From positions 64,622-128,621 of the forward strand of contig CAZMOE010000003.1 in NCBI GenBank assembly GCA_964567855.1: a stretch of DNA of 64,000 nt, in the 5' to 3' direction. The stretch is from an uncultured Prevotellaceae bacterium. GTDB taxonomy: Bacteria > Bacteroidota > Bacteroidia > Bacteroidales > UBA3663. Position numbers and translations under genes: made by a program. Under the pieces are notes generated by a model that worked only from the letters and a program-made list of their open reading frames with translations, was not told where the DNA came from and did no database searches. Below are positions 60,001-64,000 of the stretch, piece by piece; position 1 is the first letter of the stretch; each line of letters begins with the position of its first letter.

Positions 60001-60170
60001 ACTCGGGCCGACTGCCCGCGCATGGTAAACGAGACCGTCATGCCCGGCAACGTCTGCGACGGCACCAGCTTGACCGGAATCAACGGCATCAAGGCCACCC
60101 CTGCCAAAGAGAGGCATATAAATATGATCAAAACCGAAAAAGAGGAAATATAGAATCGTCCCTGCTTCAT
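57036..60170 (-). CDS. RND family efflux permease (AcrB/HAE-type), second permease of the operon
   Basis: 1044 aa. 12-TM RND topology with two large periplasmic loops. It starts 14 nt after the TolC-like gene stop. Confidence 0.85.
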   Translation of the reverse strand: MKQGRFYISSFSVLIIFICLSLAGVALMPLIPVKLVPSQTLPGMTVSFTMRGQSARVVESEVTSRLEALLVRVKGGRKISSSSAKGSGKVTLEFDRHTDLQMARFEVATLIRQVWNELPEEVSYPQVGVRYSDKDATRPCLTYTLNALVSPLEIQQYAEEHVKPKLAGVKGVSRVVISGANPMEWQLFYDSEQLQALGLTPADLQEAILDYYRRTTLDACQVVSEGDPTVFSPEAIYVRTAQGRWISLASLLRVKHAESAPQQYYRINGLNAVYLSVTADESANQLQVGREVKRLMAEMGTHLPQGYETHISYDATERIVGELNTIGERVALTLLILLLFVAVVSRSLRYLWLIVCGLSVNLATAFIFYYFCGLEIQIYSLAGITVSLSLMIDNLIMMADHYGRERGRAIFLPMLAATLTSIGALAVVFMLDEKTRLNLLDFAVVIIFNLLLSLFVALFFVPAFMDCCGMGFPGKRRPLRRQRLWCRPSWLNPRRWTVLFNRAYGWLIVRVLRRFRVVICLVMLLIFGLPVFLMPVKLDDDTSWAGFYNRVFGSDFYKESVRPVTDVILGGTLRLFVQKVYLGSYFSSADEPVLTVGATLPTGSTLEQMNELVKQMEAYLSRQTEIRLFETSVGVGRASIRIYFRPEHQYDGYPYILKGQLVHHALQLGGGSWSVYGLEDIGFNNDVRERSGSYRVQMFGYNYDELCYLAEAFRQKLLTHKRIKEVDINSDFQTWKDDYEDFYLQVDQWRMARLGLTPAGLLSTLSPTFGRNLSCGQIWTGSSYENLSLRASQAETVDVWGALHRPFSVSGRSFKISDMGGLVKMQAPRRIVKEGQQYRLCLQYEYIGAAQQGERVLLEDLAEFKEHLPMGYTVEIANRGGRRAAGGQYGLLLFVIGVIFLITSILFNSFRQPLLILLVIPPAFVGVFLTFYGFELNFDNGGYASFILLCGITVNASIYLLKEYCELRRRFPTLSWERVYLKAWNHKIIPILLTVVSTVLGFIPFLTGGEREGFWFPLAAGTIGGLIASLTGIFLLLPMFLKKR

Positions 60171-60184
60171 ATTTTCACCCGTCG

Positions 60185-61723
60185 TTATTCATACCGACCG
60201 AATCCGTAGCAGCCGCTCTGGAAATCAAAGGATTCGAAGAGCGGCAGATTATGCTCGAAATCAAACAGCGTCAGCTTCCGCAACTTATAATAATTCTGCC
60301 AGTAATTATTCAATGCCGCGACATAATTCTGCCGCGCCGTTTCCTTACGGGTCTGGGCCATGGTAAGACTATTGACATCGCTTTGGCCGATTAAAAACCT
60401 CTGGCGGGTCTGTTCGTAAGCCAGGTCTGCCAATTCAACGGCCTTTTCAGCGCTCTCTATCAGAATCCGTTGCGCATGAAAGTCATCAACCGTCATCGTC
60501 ACCTCCTGTTCAACGTTCAGTTCCTCCTGTCTGGCGGCAGTCTGAACGACATACAGGTTATTCCTGGCCATATTGGACTTTCCCTTACGCACTCCCCAGT
60601 CAACCAGAGGAATGGAAACGCTCACCGAGACCAGATCCTGCTGCAACAAACGATGATATGCTTCCCGAAAATTTTCGCCGACCTGATTGAATCCGATGCT
60701 GGCATTGATACTGGCATTCATGTACAACTCCTTACGGGTCTTATCGACATTCCTCTGCGCCTCCAGCACGTTCTGATACTGTTGCAGATAGGTCGGATTG
60801 TTCGCCCGCGCCAAAGCCAGCGCCTGTTCCGGCGCCACATCGGTCACTTTCGGCCGCTCTGGCAATACGGGCAGAATCCGTGTTCCCTGTTCCAGTCCCA
60901 GATAAGAGGAAAGCACGAACATAGCCCGACGGTGTTCCTGCTGCGCATGCTGCAACGAATTACGGGCATTCACGACATCCAACTGCAGTGTCAGCAGATC
61001 TGCTTGTGAAATGGCAGCAATCTTATACCGCATCTCCCCGACCCGGCACAATGTGTCGCTCGTTTGCAAATTCGTCTCTGCCAGTTCCAGTTTCGCCTGC
61101 GCAAGCACTAAGGCGAAAAAATATCCGACTACCGTCCCTGACAAACTCTCCAGATTATAAATAAACTCTTTCTTCACCCGCTCGAACTTCAACGGAGCGA
61201 TTTTCCGCTCCCAACGGAACGCATTATACCCCAGCAACGACTGACGGTAACCGATGCGGAGCGGAATGCTCGAAAACTGCGTGTAGTCGGTAAAACCGAA
61301 ATTATTCAGATAGTCCAGCTGAGAATCCATATAGAGAGTTCCGCCCAAGAAGTCGACATTCTGAACAATCGAAAGGCCTCCGGTGGCAGAATAGGTCTGC
61401 TGTTCACGGTAGACATCCATATCCCGTTCCGAATCATAACGCTCTGCAATATAGCGGTTATACCGCGCCGGCGTCAGATTCAGCGTCAGACTGGGCAGAC
61501 GCGCCGCCCTGTAACTCACATACTCCCAATAACCGGAACGATACATATTGCGGTAGCGAAATGCCGTCAGCGAACTGTCGCTGGCAATCCGGATGGCCTC
61601 CTGCAAACTCAAACGTATGGGCTGACTGCCGCTTCCGGCCGCGGTCTGTGCCCGCAACGTTCCGGGACAGCACATCATGACATAGCCCGCAACGAACAAA
61701 AGAAGACAACGATAGTAATTCAT
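60185..61723 (-). CDS. TolC family outer-membrane efflux protein
   Basis: 512 aa with a signal peptide ending in LRAQ. Two-repeat helical/beta structure typical of OMF proteins. Its ATG overlaps the upstream RND stop (ATGA). Confidence 0.85.
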   Translation of the reverse strand: MNYYRCLLLFVAGYVMMCCPGTLRAQTAAGSGSQPIRLSLQEAIRIASDSSLTAFRYRNMYRSGYWEYVSYRAARLPSLTLNLTPARYNRYIAERYDSERDMDVYREQQTYSATGGLSIVQNVDFLGGTLYMDSQLDYLNNFGFTDYTQFSSIPLRIGYRQSLLGYNAFRWERKIAPLKFERVKKEFIYNLESLSGTVVGYFFALVLAQAKLELAETNLQTSDTLCRVGEMRYKIAAISQADLLTLQLDVVNARNSLQHAQQEHRRAMFVLSSYLGLEQGTRILPVLPERPKVTDVAPEQALALARANNPTYLQQYQNVLEAQRNVDKTRKELYMNASINASIGFNQVGENFREAYHRLLQQDLVSVSVSIPLVDWGVRKGKSNMARNNLYVVQTAARQEELNVEQEVTMTVDDFHAQRILIESAEKAVELADLAYEQTRQRFLIGQSDVNSLTMAQTRKETARQNYVAALNNYWQNYYKLRKLTLFDFEHNLPLFESFDFQSGCYGFGRYE

Positions 61724-63999
61724 GAGCGATGACGATTGACTAATTCATAAACCAGAGGTATAAAAAACAAACTGACACACGTTCCGACACACATTGTTCC
61801 GATCATGGCAACGGCCAACGGCCTCTGTATCTCCGATCCCATGTCATGCGTGAAAAGTAACGGCAACATTGCAAAAACTGTCGTCAGCGACGTCATAACG
61901 ATAGACCGCAACCGACGACGTCCCGCATCATGTATCGCCCCGTGCAGCGGCATGCCCGTACGTTGCAGGGCAGCAATAGCATCCAGTTTCAGAATGGAGT
62001 CGTTGATAATGATACCGCACGAAGCGATGATTCCGATGGCCGACATAAGATTCAGCGTGTTGCCCGTGACCCACAACAAGAGGAGGGCAAAAGCCATGTC
62101 GATAGGAATTTCCATCAGGACGATCAGCGGCTGTACAAAATTTTCAAATTGCGCGCTCAATATGAAGAACATCAGCAGAAGACTGACGGCAAGCACGACC
62201 AGCAACTCTCTCATCATTTTGGCATTGGATACAAATGCCCCTGCAAAATCGACCGTCCATAACGAATGTTGCGACACCTCGGTGCGAATACGCTCCACAA
62301 GCTGCTCCGGTTCATCGGTCTCCTGGATGATATAAGGAATGTACTCACCGTTCTTGGCCCCGTGAATCATTCGCGGTGCCTCTCCATAACGCAACGAAAG
62401 CAATTCGCTGACCGGCACATTACCCTTGCGGCCTGTCGAATCGGCGGCTGTCTCGATCAGAATCTCGCCGAGCGATTGCTCCAGACTTTTCTCATCGTCC
62501 ACAACGACCACCGGCATATATTGCTGATACGAACGCAGTGTCGTAACCTTGTTGTTGCGGAAGGCGGTCTTCAAAGCCCGGACCAGATCGGAATAGGAGA
62601 CCCCGTACAAAAGCATCTTATCACGATGCAGGATCAGCATCCGCTGCTGTTTGCCGGCCATCGGTGTCGTCCCCGTTCCGGTGACATCAGCCAGCCGCTG
62701 CGCCATGCGCCGTATCTCGGTCATATCATCATTCAGGAGCTTATTCGACGAACACAAACGCGCCTCCACCTCCGCTTCCCCGGTAACAAACAGCCGCTCA
62801 AACAGCGTTTCGGCCGGAAACAAACGCAACGTCGCCTCCGGATAATGCTCCGCCAGCCATTCCTTCAGTCCGGTTCTGACTGCCGGCAGAACCTCCGGAT
62901 CGCCGGTGTCGATATATACCTCTGCCTCGTTCGCCTCCAACGGATTATCATCTTCCAGCAAAAAATCCCTTTGTCCCAGATAGGCGGAATGTTCTTTCGT
63001 CAGCGGGGCCAACTGCTGTAGCAACCGATTGACCCGCACCCGGTTTTCATCCGGATGAACCGGTTCATTCCAGACGATACGCCCTATCAGCTCATGCTGC
63101 GGCGTGGCCGGCATACGCTCCTTGCGGATACACATAAAAAGCGGCGCACACGCCAGCACCGAAACGGCAAATAAGGTCAGACACAGCCTGCGGTGGGCAA
63201 AGGCCCAGCCGATACCCGCCTCGTAGGCACGCTCCAGCCATCCCTGTGTCCATGGCCGGGTGGGCGGGTGCGGATGACGCAGCCCCAGCCGATAGCATAA
63301 CATATAAAGCACCGGTAAAAGCCAGATGCCGACAAAGTAAGAGACCAGCAGTCCGACACTGACCGCGAAAGCTTCGTCGAAAAACAATGCCCCCGCAATA
63401 CCGCTGATGAACACCAGCGGCACAAAGACGGCAATGGTAGTGAGCATGGAACTCAGCATCGGGGCAACCATTTCTGTCGTTCCCTTAGCGGCGGCCCGCA
63501 TCAATGTCAACCCACGCTCACGATGCTGTGAAATATTTTCGGTTACGATGATGGCATTGTCGATCATCATTCCCACCGCCATAATCAGACCGGACAGGGA
63601 AATGATATTCATTGACACATCAAACAGATAGAAAAACAGAAACGAAATGACCACCGAGGCCGCCAGGCTGATACCGATAACCAGCGGAGACCTCACATTG
63701 CCCATGAAGAGAAATACGACAATGAAAATCAACAGGAACCCCGACACTAAGTTCTGCTGCAGATTGGCAATCGTATAGTCCAACAATTCGGTCTGGTTGC
63801 GACTGACGGTAAACTCAATATCCGGATACTGCCGCTCAAAGCGATAGAGCGAGTTCCGGACCTCACGCTTCAGGTCGGCCATATTCTCGGCGGCCTGTTT
63901 GATAACCGCAAACGTCACGGCCCGCTTACCTCGATAGTATGATCTCCCCGCCTCCTTAGCCGTTGTCAGGCGGATGTCGCAAAGATCGCGCAACTGCAA
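61720..63999 (-). CDS. RND family efflux permease. Only the C-terminal ~759 aa are in the window; the 5' end lies beyond it.
   Basis: The reading frame is open to the window edge. RND TM blocks are present (GLIMAVGMMIDNAIIV, SAIGIIASCGIIINDSILKLD). The apparent start at 63999 is an edge artefact. Confidence 0.85.
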   Translation of the reverse strand: MQLRDLCDIRLTTAKEAGRSYYRGKRAVTFAVIKQAAENMADLKREVRNSLYRFERQYPDIEFTVSRNQTELLDYTIANLQQNLVSGFLLIFIVVFLFMGNVRSPLVIGISLAASVVISFLFFYLFDVSMNIISLSGLIMAVGMMIDNAIIVTENISQHRERGLTLMRAAAKGTTEMVAPMLSSMLTTIAVFVPLVFISGIAGALFFDEAFAVSVGLLVSYFVGIWLLPVLYMLCYRLGLRHPHPPTRPWTQGWLERAYEAGIGWAFAHRRLCLTLFAVSVLACAPLFMCIRKERMPATPQHELIGRIVWNEPVHPDENRVRVNRLLQQLAPLTKEHSAYLGQRDFLLEDDNPLEANEAEVYIDTGDPEVLPAVRTGLKEWLAEHYPEATLRLFPAETLFERLFVTGEAEVEARLCSSNKLLNDDMTEIRRMAQRLADVTGTGTTPMAGKQQRMLILHRDKMLLYGVSYSDLVRALKTAFRNNKVTTLRSYQQYMPVVVVDDEKSLEQSLGEILIETAADSTGRKGNVPVSELLSLRYGEAPRMIHGAKNGEYIPYIIQETDEPEQLVERIRTEVSQHSLWTVDFAGAFVSNAKMMRELLVVLAVSLLLMFFILSAQFENFVQPLIVLMEIPIDMAFALLLLWVTGNTLNLMSAIGIIASCGIIINDSILKLDAIAALQRTGMPLHGAIHDAGRRRLRSIVMTSLTTVFAMLPLLFTHDMGSEIQRPLAVAMIGTMCVGTCVSLFFIPLVYELVNRHRS

Positions 64000-64000
64000 A

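Noticed and set aside
59241-60209. 322-aa ORF antisense to the RND permease and the TolC junction
   Set aside because: An R/Q/H-rich shadow frame. The opposite strand encodes a 12-TM RND protein.
1-64000. Search for CRISPR arrays, IS elements/transposases/integrases, prophage genes, rRNA and tRNA genes
   Set aside because: No spaced direct-repeat arrays were seen. No ORF has recognisable transposase, integrase or phage motifs. No cloverleaf-like or rRNA-like segment was noticed in the intergenic regions. This was eyeball inspection only; tRNAscan-SE, Infernal and ISfinder would be needed for a definitive negative.

Overview
This is a 64-kb chromosomal window from a Bacteroidota genome, most likely Bacteroidales with moderately high GC. 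The phylum call rests on repeated Bacteroides-type promoters (TTTG at -33, TAnnTTTG at -7), a type III glutamine synthetase, a GT3 eukaryote-like glycogen synthase, a DUF3078 barrel and many secreted TonB_C-domain proteins. Most of the window is housekeeping: cvpA-sufBCD, a K+/H+ antiporter, glyQS, polA, pflBA, a porin-glnK-amt-glnN nitrogen cluster, tyrS, glgA-glgP, uvrA and an RND-TolC-RND efflux operon. Scattered among these are orphan CAZymes with no SusC/SusD nearby: a PL1 pectate lyase, a sialidase-like propeller fused to an (alpha/alpha)6 glycosidase, a GH78 rhamnosidase fused to a BNR propeller, and a GH31 with a PA14 insert. I saw no rRNA, tRNA, CRISPR array, integrase or transposase, but I only inspected intergenic regions by eye. 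The one clearly accessory segment is about 39.0-47.5 kb. It holds two paralogous secreted LTxxQ-motif proteins, a Sel1-repeat protein, a possible Gly/Cys-rich small protein, and four secreted TonB_C-domain paralogs plus an unknown protein in an AT-rich block. It also holds a membrane-anchored TPR/LuxR-type HTH regulator. The two operons that begin with or contain the LTxxQ paralogs share a near-identical promoter architecture: tandem TTGTCAA repeats, AAAATGA, and TTTCTCC next to the -7 box. I read this as a co-regulated, uncharacterised cell-envelope module. A second notable item is a self-contained promoter-to-terminator unit of about 75 nt (candidate sRNA or micro-ORF) next to glnN. All family assignments come from motif recognition by eye and were not checked against any database.
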